NCBI RefSeq assembly: GCF_006345805.1
Contig: NC_043003.1
Coordinates: 46,996,001 to 47,060,000, forward strand
Origin: Octopus sinensis
Taxonomy: Eukaryota
DNA length: 64,000 nt
Direction: 5' to 3'
Each line of letters begins with the position of its first letter. The stretch's first letter is position 1. The notes beneath the pieces were generated by a model, which was not told where the DNA came from, did no database searches, and was given only the letters and a program-made list of their open reading frames with translations. Below, piece by piece: positions 11,490 to 24,490 of this stretch. The translations under genes and the position numbers were made by a program.

Positions 11490-13807
11490 TCCTAACTTCC
11501 ACATCTTCGCCTCTCTTCTGCTTCACCTTTCATCCTTCCTTCTGTTCCTGTTTTCATCATCTGCCGTCTTCGTCTACTACTACTACTACTACTACTACTA
11601 CTGCCACTGACATACACTGATGTCTTATGAGTCATTAGCAGTACTTGAGATATGGACACATTTTTCTTCTACTTTAAACCAATTCCAAACATGAATCGCA
11701 AACCAACCATCACAAATACCCAGATGTGTCTATAAGTCACCAAATGATGTTACCTTGAAACACTGTCTATTTCTTCCCAATTCTGTCTCTGTCAAACTCT
11801 CGACTATGACCAGTTTGAAATATTTCCAAGAGAAAGTTTACGATTCTGGTTGTGGATAAAGAAGACTGTCTGAACAAATTTAGTAATTTTTGGCAAAATA
11901 GGTACCCTTTTGCCGAGTTATAACAAAAAGTTAGTGAAATATTTAAAATGTTTACAGTTGGATAGATAGACAAATATAACAAAATAATTTGACAAAAAAA
12001 TGTGAATTTTTAATTATTTTCTGAGATTTTACAAAAACAACTAAAATATTTTTTTTTAATATTTTTAAATTTTTAATACGCCATTCAGTTATGGATGTTT
12101 TCGATCTCCGTAAGCTCTTTCTCATCCTTCATAAATTACATCCCGAAGATTCGAGTCCATTTCTGAAAGAAACATCCAAATTTATGAAATAGTCCTATTT
12201 GCCTTTCCCTCAGCTAAGCTAGCTCTATGTCTGCAATCCTTACGAATAAAGTTTCCATATTTGATACCAGTTGCTCCTGAGGAGACTTCCATTCTCCTTA
12301 AATTCAAGTAATATATATCTCTCTCTCCCTCTCTCTCTCTCTCTTTCTCAAGACGGCGAGCTGGTAGAATCGCTAGCACGCCGTTCTGGGTTTACGTTCT
12401 GGGTTCAAATTCAATCATATCTTGCACTATAGGTTTCCTGGCGGAAATCTCTATCAGAACTGATACTGACGGAGGTTTCCATAACCTCCACTCTACTAAA
12501 TTACGAATGTGTGAGAGCACGATTATATATCCTACACTCTTCACTCAGTACATTGACGTATTGAGTTACTTAAAATCGTAATCAGTCCCTATACAGATAG
12601 TATCACCTTTCATTCAACGATAAACTTCCTCGTACATACCTCATGCCATATAAAGTCTATACTATCACTATACAGAAATTCGCTTATTTCTGTATGCTTC
12701 CAAATCATGATAATCTCGATTCATACAAAAACACAGACATTGTCATTGTCACTAAGCACATCAAAGACACTCGACACGATGCAGTTTCTCTACTCTTTGA
12801 ACAACATATAACTACGTACAGCAAAAATCTTCAAAGTCAACCCAAATGCTGAGCAATAAACAGACTCTGAAAACATATGGTGTCTATAATGTTGAGGTCT
12901 AACATTATAACAAGGGCGTAAATGTGATGGATGGTTGCAACCAAGTAAATCAACCCCGTACTTAAGTGTATTTGTATTGCAGACACCGGAAAGCTGAAAG
13001 ATAAAATTCCAAGAGTTGATGCTTAAACTGGATTTCCTTTAAACGTTATTGACGCTCTCGAAGGCGCAAGTACGCCCCATTTGCATCATATAGTACGGTA
13101 CAGAAGCCCAACGTTGAAAACCTCTAGACTACATATTCCAAAAAAAAGGCAATCTGAAAATTATCAAACTTTCATTTACCAGAATATTATATTCTGTATC
13201 CCAATGATGCGCTGTGTTCTAGCTTTGTCCTTTTTATCCCCAATAAAATGTTTAGCCAATACCTACTCCTTATCCTTCTCCTCATTCTCATTCTCCTCCG
13301 AAAATCAATTCGAGAGAGGAAGAATAGTCGGTAGGACTATTTGTGGCGACCTCCTACCGCTCTGCGTTTTCCCTACAGATACCAACTTAGAGAAACCCAA
13401 ACTGAATATTAACTACATCAGCCGTACCAAATACGACAAAGATGGCACGGACATATTAGCTTACGCTTCATGTATCGCTGAGTATCTAACAAAATCAGCC
13501 CTATATTTGAAACCTGATTGGAAGTTGACGATTTAAAAGGTGCTGTTGATATCGTTGTTGATATCAGGTCTTTGTTCTTCATTTCAATTTCCAGCGTTCA
13601 ATACGATTCTTTTCCAAAAGCATGAATGCATTGAGTATGCTTGCTTTTTCGTTTTTGTTTTTCAATGATGCATTATACATGCAATTTTTTACCAATTTTC
13701 CTTATTAAATTGCTTTTTGTTTTTTTAGATTAGATTTAAGGCAATGCTTGTATTTTCCCTCTGGTTTGTAAGGCGGTCTTTTCCCAGAACATAAATCTAT
13801 CTATCTA

Positions 13808-14648
13808 TTGGGTCATCCCATAAATAATGCAGTTTTTTTATACTTTTATTTTTCAAAATTAAAATAAACAAAGTTCATTTTTTTATATAAAATATACTCT
13901 CCTTCATTTTCTACAATGTTTTTCCATCTATCTGGTAGACTTGCAAGGCTCCGCTTCCAAGATTTAGTTGTCCGTGATAAAAAATACTCTTCCAGTAGTG
14001 TTCTGTCCTCGTCTACAGAATTCATATTTTTTCCGTCCAAATGATTTTGAAGACTGCGGATTTTCACACGTGACAGCAAAGAACAGCACACATTCACTCT
14101 CTGCGCGCAATTAGATTAGGAAAGTTTGTAAGGGACCCATTGACCCAATTTGCTGACTTTTCCGATGGCCCACAGGTGTCGATGAATGGTTGAACGACCA
14201 AATCCAAGCTTCTCCTCAATAGTTACGATGGGATTTTGTTCCACCAGGTTTTTGGATGTCTTCGTCGAGCTCTACAGATCTTCCAGGACGAGGCTCGTCT
14301 TTTAGGCTGTAGTTTCCGTCTCGGAATTTCTGGAACCACCGTTGAGACAGGCTTACGTTTATTGTCCGATCTCCATATGCTGCATTAATGTTCCTCGTTG
14401 CGTTGTTGCCTATATTGAACTCAAAAAGCAAAATATACCGAATATGCTCCTTTGTCATTTCCATTAGAGCTTTGAGAAAATAACTGTTAAAATCGAAATG
14501 CACTCTTCAAAACTTGCACTAAGAATAAGACCAAGGTAAAAATTACTACCTACTTTTATAGCAAGATGATGCAGATAGTTTATCCCGTCCTCCTCCGACT
14601 TTTAGTTCATGCAATTGAAAAAGCTGCATTATTTATGGGATGGCTCAA
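13808..14648 (-). mobile_element. Internally deleted mariner (841 bp)
   Basis: TIRs TTGGGTCATCCCATAAATAATGCAG match 23/25, with TA on both sides. N-term MTKEHIRYILLFEF...QRWFQKFRDGNYSLKDEPRPGRS and C-term LPDRWKNIVENEGEYI are present; the catalytic middle is missing. Confidence 0.95.
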
Positions 14649-14990
14649 TATATATGTGTTTTCCAAAATGGAGGCGAACACCTTTCTTCATATGATCGGC
14701 TTGAAAAATTAAGACACTACGATATTTTCCTACTTTTCATAACATGAAACCAACGGTAGCTTTAATTCACAAATAAAGAAATTATATTCACCAATGCGGT
14801 GTTGAGCACTCATTCTCATCGTTCGACTATTACGTGCATATATATATATATATATATATATGAGCATATTATACAGAAGTAGATATGTCTGTGTGTATAT
14901 ATATATGTATATATGTGTCTGTGTGTATATATATGTATATATATATGTATATATGTATCTACATATATGTGTACATATATACATATCTGT

Positions 14991-15041
<51 letters not shown>

Positions 15042-15604
15042 ATATATATATACGCACACACAAATATGCGGTGACTGGTTAAAGTGTTTATCTGAGAACG
15101 AGTGTTGAAAAACGTAAATAAACAAATGAAAGAATTAAATAACCACTCGTAGACGCATGCACATGCGCATACACATACAGACAATTATAAACACATAAAT
15201 ACATACAAATGCTACTAGCGCAATGCCCGAACACCATACATACATATACATACACAGAAATCAAAAACCGGCATTAAAGGAACTGTGAATACACGCGCTC
15301 CCACACACACATACACACACACACACACTTATATATACTACACACGCATATGTGTGTGTATGTATGTGTGGTATGTATGTATGTATGTATGTATGTATGT
15401 ATGTATGTATGTATGTATGCAGATTAATTGAATTGAAAACAACTCTAAGAATATATATATCAAAATAAACGTATATTTTGCCGGAATTCTATATATTTAT
15501 TTTAATGTATATGCCCCGAGTTGATTTTAATTCACTTAGTCTAAATAGAAGCTCTTTCATAGATTCTTCTTATAAAAACATTCTTAGTGTATTTTGAGAA
15601 ACCC

Positions 15605-15725
<121 letters not shown>

Positions 15726-15754
15726 ACATACTGATACATACCTACATAAATACA

Positions 15755-16135
15755 TGCGCCCTGGACACGAATGTGGTTAGAAAAATACAAGAGAAAGAAG
15801 ACATCTTTGGACCATTGATAAGGGGCTTGCAAATCCAATACTCAAAATATACTTTCAGCTTTATACCAATTATTATTGGAGCGTCAGGATACGTACCAAG
15901 CCGTATGTAGTATGGTATGGCTGAACTTGGAATCTTTGGGAGGGAATGCAAATTCTTAATCCGTATGCTACAAATGATCACGATATCTGGGACTATAAAA
16001 TCTGCAAGTCCTTCCTAACATTTAAAGGATAGCAGTTAAATCAAGATACTTTCCTTTAGAGCCTTGCTACCAAGTCGGTGGCCGCTCAAAGGTTTACTCT
16101 AAATTGAAAAGATAAAAAAAAGACATATCTGCACG
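15755..16135 (+). mobile_element. 3' fragment of an R4/Dong-type LINE (REL endonuclease)
   Basis: CALDTNVVRKIQEKEDIFGPLIRGLQIQYSKYTFSFIPIIIGASGYVP and GTIKICKSFLTFKG*, then a 3' UTR running into (TACA)n. Confidence 0.85.
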
Positions 16136-16330
16136 CATACATACATACATACATACATACATACATACATACATACATACATAATGCATGCATGCATGCA
16201 TGCATACATACATACATACATACATACATACATACATACATACATACATACATACATACATACATACATACATACATACATACATACATACATACATACA
16301 TACATACATACATACATGGATGGATGGATT

Positions 16331-17250
16331 GAAAGCACTCAGCATACAAAAAAAAGACTATGCATGGGTATGTCACCCGGAAGCTTGAAGATGACTGTAG
16401 AATTGACATGAAGAGCAGCTTCTCTTGGGCACAAGACCACTACCTTACATCACACTTTGAAGGCTATGCGTTTGCAATCCAGGAACAGGAGATTGCCACA
16501 AAGTACCTGGTGAACAAGAGAGACAGTGAGGATCTTGTAATCCCAACTGCATGTGTAGGCTATGTCATGTTTCGGTGGAAGATATCACGCATGTGATTAG
16601 GAGCTGTACTAAAATGTCGTCATGGTACGACCTCCCTATGCGACACGATGTTGTTGCTAAAACAATTTACAATGCCATCCGCAAAAAAGTCTTCCGTGAA
16701 ATAAACTTATAAAATCCCTCTGTTATGGAATACATTCATAGACACTAACTCAAGGAATACTGGTAGAATATTCCCATCATAACGTCTGTCAGATGTAAGC
16801 ATAACAGTCCGGATATTGTTGTTTAGGACTGAAGGGCAAAGGTATGTACCATCATCGATGTCAGCTGCCCTGCAGATATAAATATCTCTTTGAAAATCAA
16901 AGAGAAAGAAGCTAACTATGGACCATTGCGTCGAAACCTCCAGCTTCTACAGTATATCAGTATTGCAAATTTAGATTTATCCCAATAATAACTGGGGCAC
17001 TTGGTTTTGTAAGTAAGTGCCTTACTGTCAGTCAGGAAACGCTTGGATTTTCAGAATAAGAAATCAACCGATTCGCACATTAGAAGTACAATCTGTAAGC
17101 AGAACAGTAAAACTATGTAAGACTTTCCTCGGTTTAAAATGTGACATTGTCTTCCTTATCTACATTCCAAAGATGGAGATTTGTATCTTTATTAGAAACC
17201 AGCCAGTTCCTTCTTCGGGGGAAGAATTTAAATGATTAACTACAGAAGAC
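16331..17250 (+). mobile_element. 5'-truncated R4/Dong-type LINE (CCHC + REL endonuclease), decayed
   Basis: LTSHFEGYAFAIQEQEIATKY; CRLCHVSVEDITHVIRSC (CX2CX8HX4C); RHDVVAK; SPDIVV..KVCTIIDVSCPADINISLKIKEKEANYGPL (PD..D..K motif). (TACA)n on both sides. Confidence 0.92.
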
Positions 17251-17309
17251 ACACACATACATACATACATACATACATACATACATACATACATACATAC
17301 ATACATACT

Positions 17310-17425
17310 AAAGCTAATTCGAAGACTACAGATCCAATCCATCACTGGAACTGTAAAAATCTGTAAAACTTTCCAGAAGTTTATCTTTTAAATATATATA
17401 AGCATGTCTAGATATGTAACAACAT
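17310..17425 (+). mobile_element. Extreme 3' end of a third REL-LINE subfamily
   Basis: KLIRRLQIQSITGTVKICKTFQKFIF* is homologous to the end of 16331-17250 (RTLEVQSVSRTVKLCKTFLGLK). Sits inside TACA repeats. Confidence 0.75.
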
Positions 17426-17606
17426 GCATGAAAATACATACATAAAACATACAAATCTGCACACACACACACATACACACACATACATACATGCATGCAT
17501 ACATACATGCATGCATACACATACATACATACATACATACATACATACATACATACATACATACATACATACATACATACACACATATATACATACATAC
17601 ATACAA

Positions 17607-17716
17607 ACAAAAATACCCCGCTGTTGATGTTGAAATTCCAATGAAGGAACCTTAGATCTAGGTTAGAAACCGGCTCTTTATTGGCAAGAAATCTTGAAAT
17701 AAACTGAATAATGACA
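17607..17716 (+). mobile_element. 3' UTR fragment of a related REL-LINE inside (TACA)n
   Basis: Shares TTCCAA..GGA, TTAGAAACC(A/G)GC and AAGAA..TAAACT blocks with the 3' UTR at 17150-17250. Confidence 0.55.
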
Positions 17717-18211
17717 TACATACATACATACATACATACATACATACAAAGTGACAAAGGTCGTTGACCTGCTATAGAGTTCATGTCATACTGTAACCAT
17801 AACCAAACTCTGCAGCTTTTATTTTTCCTTATATCTCTCAACGTCGTTTACAGTTTTCTAATCTTGAGTAAAAAATCTACAGGAAATCTCAACACTACGT
17901 AACCATTTGAGATTCAGATTACTCTCTCAAATATAATGTTTGGTTATTCACATCGTTTTGAATTAATCATGCATTAATTCATCATAACGAATTTTTCGTT
18001 CAAAGGACTGGATTATTATTAATATATATACACACACACATATATAAATATGTAGGAGCGTATGTGTATATATATAGTGTATGTATGTGTGTGTTCATAT
18101 ACATACATATGATGTAATATATATATATATATATATAGGGTGGCAAGCTGGCAGAAACGTTAGCACACCAGGTGAATGCATAGTGCTATTTCATCTGCCA
18201 CTACGTTATAA

Positions 18212-18602
18212 GGCGCAGGAGTGGCTGTGTGGTAAGTAGCTTGCTAACCAACCACATGGTTCTGGGTTCAGTCTCACTGCGTGGCATCTTGGGCAAGTGT
18301 CTTCTGCTACAGCCCCGGGCCGACCAATGCTTGTGAGTGGATTGGTAGACGGAAACTGAAAGAAGCCCGTCGTATATATGTTATGTGTGGTTTGTGTGTC
18401 TGTGTTTGTCCCCCCCCCAAATCGCTTGAAAACCGATGCGGGTGTTTACGTCCCCGTCACTTAGCGGTTCGGCAAAAGAGACCGATAGAATAAGTACTGG
18501 GCTTACAAAGAATAAGTCCGGGGTCGATTTGCTCGACTAAAGGCGGTGCTCCAGCATGGCCGCAGTCAAATGAATGAAACAATAAAGAGTAAAGAGTAAG
18601 AG

Positions 18603-18603
<1 letters not shown>
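18212..18603 (+). mobile_element. SINE family B (tRNA head + CORE-like domain), full length
   Basis: Head GGCGCAGGAGTGGCTGTGTGGTAAG, CORE-like CTTGGGCAAGTGTCTT, tail (AAAGAGT)n. Homologues at 37449, 42523 and 55721. Confidence 0.9.
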
Positions 18604-18634
<31 letters not shown>

Positions 18635-18750
18635 ATATCACGTGATCACGTGACCGATCAGACCATCAGATGTTGTTACACATCGCTGGTCACAATGCGT
18701 TCGCATTGTTTTAGCTTCGAATGACGCCACCCCGCTAGCTAAGCGAGCAG

Positions 18751-18800
<50 letters not shown>

Positions 18801-19146
18801 GCATCTAGTTGCGTTTGTTTACATTCTTATTCTATGGTGGGTTGTATCATGTACAAAATTTATTTTTGCAGTTATAATGCGTCATGTAGAATGTTTTTCC
18901 CGTGAAGGTTTTTGGGAATAAACTCTATGTTGGAGTACTCTGTTATATAATATTTGATATAGAAATGTTACACGTAGAACTCCCTCATTTTATGTACATG
19001 TTTTAACAAAACTCTGACTCTTTTCTTTCCCATTCCTCTTGATTATCTATACGTGGTTGAGGAAGCGATTATTGAAACTAACTTCGCACATACCGATATA
19101 ACATCTATTTTTACGTTTCTCACGAGTTATCTTCTATTGATTTTAT

Positions 19147-19530
19147 GTGGAAGCACTCCGTCGGTTACGACGATGAGGGTTCCGGTTGATCCGAATCAAC
19201 GGAACAGCCTGCTCGTGAAATTAACGTGTAAGTGGCTGAGCACTCCACAGACACGTGCACCCTTAACGTAGTTCTCGGAGATATTCAGCGTGACACAGAG
19301 AGTGACAAGGCCGGCCCCTTGAAATACAGGTACAACAGAAACAGGAAGTAAGAGTGAGAGAAAGTTGTGGTGAAAGAGTACAGCAGGGATCACCACCATC
19401 CATGCCAGAGCCTCGTGGAGCTTTTAGGTGTTTTCGCTCAATAAACACTCACAACGCCTGGTCTGGGAATCGAAACCGCGATCCTACGACCGCGAGTCTG
19501 CTGCCCTAACCACTGGGCCATTGCGCCTCC
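19147..19530 (-). mobile_element. SINE family A, variant i (Meta-like domain), full length
   Basis: 11-bp TSD ATTGATTTTAT at 19136-19146 and 19533-19543. Confidence 0.95.
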
Positions 19531-20304
19531 ACATTGATTTTATACAAAATGCTTTACATAAATATTTGCTGTTAATCGAACAGTTTTCTTCACTCTGCAA
19601 ATTCATCTTCGTTCCTGAGTGTTCGGTGCTTGCTCACATTCTTTGTGAAGTTGTAACCAGCTTAGGCATTATTTTTCATTACACAAATATTGGTACAAAT
19701 CGCTGGCAGAGATATGCCTCTTGATTAACATTATGAACTACCTATCTACTTTAGTTACTATAATCTTTCTTAAATGTAAGTGAAGCCAGGTGATACATTT
19801 TCTCACTGTGCTGTGCTGCTGCCGCCGCGCATTGCTAAGAAACTGATAGTTTCTCAAAGCTCGCTTCTTTCTAATAGTCGACAGCTTGACTAAGGAATTA
19901 TCAAATGTCTTCCAAGTTTTCCTGCTGATATTCCTAACCACATCTTTAACAATTATACTGCGGCATTGGTTTAGGCCTTTAGACATGTACAATATTGTTT
20001 TAACATTTACCGGTGCCTGGGTCGAACACAAGGTCTGGGAAACCCTTAATCGCATGTCAATTTCGGAGAATTCTTGATTCTGGAGATAACCCCCACCCCT
20101 GCTCTTATTTTGTGCCGGTCTCCATTTCTGTTAAGTGTTTGTTTATTTTTTATGTCGAAGAAAATTTCAATAAGTCAAGGATTTATCTTGTAATATACTT
20201 TTCGTCTGTGTTGTCTAAATTTATATCACACTAAGTTAAATCTCTTTGCTCATTTTTGTATTGTGTATGTATGTTCGTGTATATAGGTGTGAATCTGCGT
20301 TTTC

Positions 20305-20452
<148 letters not shown>

Positions 20453-20550
20453 CGTTGCCTACTTAATAGGCTGAGACGGCCTGGACTACCGTGAAGATTA
20501 TTTTCGATGGGAGCTTTTGATGGTCCATGCTACAGTACCCGTTCTACAGT

Positions 20551-20936
20551 GGAGGCGCAATGGCCCAGTGGTTAGGGCAGCAGACTCGCGGTCATAGGAT
20601 CGCGGTTTCGATTCTCAGACCGGGTGCTGTGAGTGTTTATTGAGCGAAAACACCTAGAAGCTCCACGAGGCTCCGGCAGGGTGGTGGTGGTGATCCCTAC
20701 TGTACTTTTTCACCACAACTTTCTCTCACTCTTACTTCCTGTTTCTGTTGTACCTGTATTTCAAGGGGCCGGCCTTGTCACTCTCTGTGTCACGCTGAAT
20801 ATCCCCGAGAACTACGTTAACGGTGCACGTGTCTGTGGAGTGCTCAGCCACTTACACGTTAATTTCACGAGCAGGCTGTTCCGTTGATTCGGATCAACCG
20901 GAACCCTCATCGTCGTAACCGACGGAGTGCTTCCAC
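20551..20936 (+). mobile_element. SINE family A, variant i, full length
   Basis: 12-bp TSD ACCCGTTCTACA at 20537-20548 and 20935-20946. Inserted in the RTE endonuclease relic. Confidence 0.95.
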
Positions 20937-22188
20937 CCGTTCTACATCACTTCTATCCTACCTAGTAATGTAGTCTGGGAGGTGACAACGTTTTTACTGA
21001 CGACACACCCAAGACCTCTTCTGTTTTTCCTTCTACTTGAAGATGATGCTACTAAAAATGAAGCATGAAGTGAGAAGTCCTCCATTTGTGTTAAATCTCT
21101 TTACTATGTTTGCTAATAACATATGACTGCCCCTGAGCTTCTTGACCAGCACCTGTATAGAAATCACTCATTATTATCAGCTTGTTTCCTCTCGGGATCT
21201 TCCTTCATATGATCATTTGCAGAGTATTGTAGAACTCTTTTGCACCACCAGAGTTCATCATTGTGGGAGCTTCAGTGATGAACCGATCAAGGTGACACAG
21301 CATCCTTTCACAGTTGATCACTCAAAGTTGTAATTCACTTGCTAATATCTGGTTTGGCCATAATACTGTTATGTTTTTCAAGGTAAAGCTAACACTGATC
21401 ATATGTCACTACTCTTTGCTCTGCCACTACAATGGGGTATTTGATATTGCCATATTCAAGCAATTTCGTCTCAAAAAATGTAATTTTATCAACGTCGTCT
21501 CTTTACAGCTCCAGGGCCGTAAGTGCGCTATGCATTTCTCATCGATCTGTCTTTGCACTGTCTAGTAAGGTTCTAGCATTTCATTCGACCATATAAAAGC
21601 TCGCTTTCTAGCATTCTAGTAAATTTTTTGCTGCAGTTCAGAACGGAGGACAACCAGTAAATTCCATTGTATCTTCGGAACCGATCAATCCGATTTCATT
21701 TTGACTGGAAGATATTATTTTATAGGATTGCTTGCTAGAGATTTAAATCCTAATTTTTCAGTTACTTGTCACGCTCTCTCAGTGGACTGTGGTATACACA
21801 GCGAGCAAGGAAAAGCGGATATATATAGATTCTACAATCTCTGCAGTGACTCGCTATTACATAACCATAAAGCGATACCTCTCCGCCCATTTGAGGAATT
21901 TCCACAGAGCTCTTGGATGACCGATGACCTCTCCGAGTTTATTAGCCTTCCTTGATAGGTGTTGTATTTCGTCCTCTAAAATATCTAATAACCGCTCTCC
22001 TTCCCAAGCAAACTTCGTGTGATTACTGGTTCCCTATGGTCGTATGATGGTGGCTGTAATAGCAGTATTGTTGTTGTTGTTGTTGTTGTTGTTATTGTTG
22101 TAAGAGGAGGAGGAGGAGGAGGTGATTGAAGGCTTCGATGACGGTTGTGCTTAGTGCTGTTGATATGTGGTAGTGTGTGGTGGTGACT

Positions 22189-22243
<55 letters not shown>

Positions 22244-22480
22244 CAGCAGCAGCAACAACAACAACAGCAATGGAATGATAAGATAATCCCGCCTTTAATT
22301 CTTGATCCAGCAATGAAGACAAAAAGATAAAGCACGAATGTGAAAATGTGACTATATTCCGCTTTTGTTATATTTTTCTTTAATTATTTTTCCTGTCTTA
22401 TCTTCTGTTGTTTCATACTTTCTATATATTTTATTAATGTTTTGTTTCGTTAATTCTCTCCTATACATAATCTCCTATAT

Positions 22481-22518
<38 letters not shown>

Positions 22519-22604
22519 AACATGCAGCACTGTAATACAACACAAGAGAACAATTCTTAGTCACATACTGAGTATTTTAAAACGTTGAAACTAATGGTGG
22601 AATA

Positions 22605-22818
22605 ATAACGATTTCAAATTTAGACACAAGACCAAGAATTTCCTGGGAGGGGTAAGTCAATTACATCGACCCCAGCGCTGAACTGGTACTTATTTCGTCG
22701 ATTCTCAAATGATGAAAGGCAAAGTTGCTTCGGCGGAATTTGAACCCAGAACGGAAATATGGCTGAAATGTCGCTAAGCATTTTACCCAGCGTGCTAATG
22801 ATTCTGCCAGCTCGCCAC
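22605..22818 (-). mobile_element. SINE family C (Nin/Deu-like)
   Basis: Head plus GCCTTTCATC...AAGTACCAGTT...GGGGTCGATGTAATTGAC. Confidence 0.85.
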
Positions 22819-23002
22819 GCTACGACGTGGAATAATAATAGCGTTTCACAATCTTTTTTCTTACATTCTTTAGTTAAGAAGGAAAACAACCCCTGTGACA
22901 TTTACTGGGTCTAAAGATGAAATACGCAACGGTAGTTAGTAAAGATATTCAACAAACTGAATTTAAATCACAACAGAGTTTGACTTTATCTTTCATCGCT
23001 AA

Positions 23003-23225
23003 TAAAATATATATTATTTTCTACTCTAGGCGCAAGGCCCGAAATTTGTGGGGAGGGGGTCAGTCGATTAGATCAACCCAGTACGCAACTGGTACTTAAT
23101 TTATCGACCCCGAAAGGATGAAAGGCAAAGTCGAACTCGGCGGAATTTGAACTCAGCACGTAACGGCAGACGAAATACTGCTAAGCATTTCGCCCGGTGT
23201 GCTAACGTTTCTGCCAGCTCGCTGC
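23003..23225 (-). mobile_element. SINE family C, tail GGCCTTGCGCCTAGAGTAGAAAA
   Basis: Well preserved: GCCGAGTTCGACTTTGCCTTTCATCCTTTCGGGGTCGATAAA. Confidence 0.9.
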
Positions 23226-23243
23226 CTAATAAAATATATATTT

Positions 23244-23460
23244 GTTTCTTTATTGCCCTCAGGGGGCTAAACATAGAGAGGACAAACAAGGGGATTAAGT
23301 CGATTACATTGACTCAGTGCATAACTGGTACTTATTTAATCGACTCCGAAGCTTTGAAAAACAAAGTTGACCTCGGTGGAATTTGAACTCAGAACGTAAA
23401 GACAGATGAAATACCGCTAAGCATTTCGCCCGGCGTGCTAACAATTCTGCCAGCTCGCCG
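23244..23460 (-). mobile_element. SINE family C, alternative tail (TTGTTTGTCCTCTCTATGTTTAGCCCC...GGGCAATAAAGAAA)
   Basis: Same head and domain as its neighbours, different 3' tail. The tail is shared with 52905-53126 and 59080-59284. Confidence 0.9.
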
Positions 23461-23624
23461 TCTTTTAAAATATATCCTCTGTGTGAAAAGTCTGGCTGCA
23501 TACACGTTAGCATATGTAAGGTGCATACAATTGACAACACAGTTAATTAAGATTTATTCAGTGAGTTCTATTCAACACATGTTTACACGTGGAATTAGCA
23601 GAATCATTATTAACTTTAGATGAA

Positions 23625-23870
23625 GGCATTTTCAAAGTTTTGGCCGATAAAGTTGAACTGAAAAACCCTACAACGAGGCATGAATTGCACGAAGACATCT
23701 TGCAGTCTTGAGAAGAGCTATCTGAGCGGAAAATTCGTGGATGTATTCAACATCAAACTCGTGTTCAGCGTCAAATAGTTGACTGTAACAGATTCGTGTA
23801 ATAAATTTTGTGTTTATTTTTGTTTCATAATATATATTTTTTCGGATGCAGCCAGACTTATTGAGAAATG
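23625..23870 (+). mobile_element. Tc1-like transposase C-terminal remnant
   Basis: DKVELKNPTTRHELHEDILQS*EELSERKIRGCIQ resembles the Tc1 tail 'KV...NP.T..EL...I...W'. Confidence 0.45.
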
Positions 23871-24309
23871 ATATCGTCGGTTATATTGGCTACACATATT
23901 CCTGGAAAATGTATCAATAATATGCGATGTCATTAATCATCATGAAGGCTAAACGTAATATTTGATTAATTACAACATTGGATGAACGAACACTCCTAAA
24001 CAGATTAGAACGCCGAACCTTTTTCTTCTTGCTTGCTTTAAACACCACCATTAATGTTTGGGATGGTTGCTTCATATCTGCAACCTGAAGTAGTTAGATA
24101 ACATTTCAAACTTCTCCGTTTCAGCATAATAAAGTAAGTATTTAATAGCTTCAAGATAACATGGCTTCTTCAAGGTTTTGATGGATATGATAAATATTAG
24201 TGGGGTTAGGATTAGTAATCTGATAAAATATTAATATGGCATACCAAAGATATTACCCTGTAGTAAGATTATACAGAAAGAAAAATAGTTGGCAACTTAC
24301 TAATCTCTA

Positions 24310-24490
24310 AATTGTTGGTGCTTAGTCCCAAGCCAGCTCTGACTGACGAAGCCTATGATCGAATGCATTCCAGCCTTGACCATCCCGTCTTTTGTTTTAC
24401 TTTTTTTAGCTTAGTGTTACGTTGGACTATATTTTCCAATTTAACCCTAGTTTTCTCTAAGACAAGATGTGTTTTGAGGATACTTTGTAG
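24310..24490 (+). repeat. Old interspersed repeat (family D); further fragments near 27020-27200, 28540-28650, 44230-44335, 44935-44995 and 52790-52860
   Basis: Recurring blocks CCTATGATC..ATTCCAGC..GACCATCCCGTC and GAGA..TT..(G/A)CTATTTCTA(G/A)C. Confidence 0.55.

Noticed and set aside
19196-19448. Recurrent ORFs 'MVVIPAVLFHHNF...' and 'MFIERKHLK...' found several times (20633, 39119, 43600, 62963)
   Set aside because: They recur because they are translations of family A SINEs, not a gene family.
20551-20625. tRNA-like sequences at SINE heads (families A, B, C)
   Set aside because: A and B boxes are present, but there is no complete cloverleaf or terminator and each runs into a SINE body. 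They are not tRNA genes.
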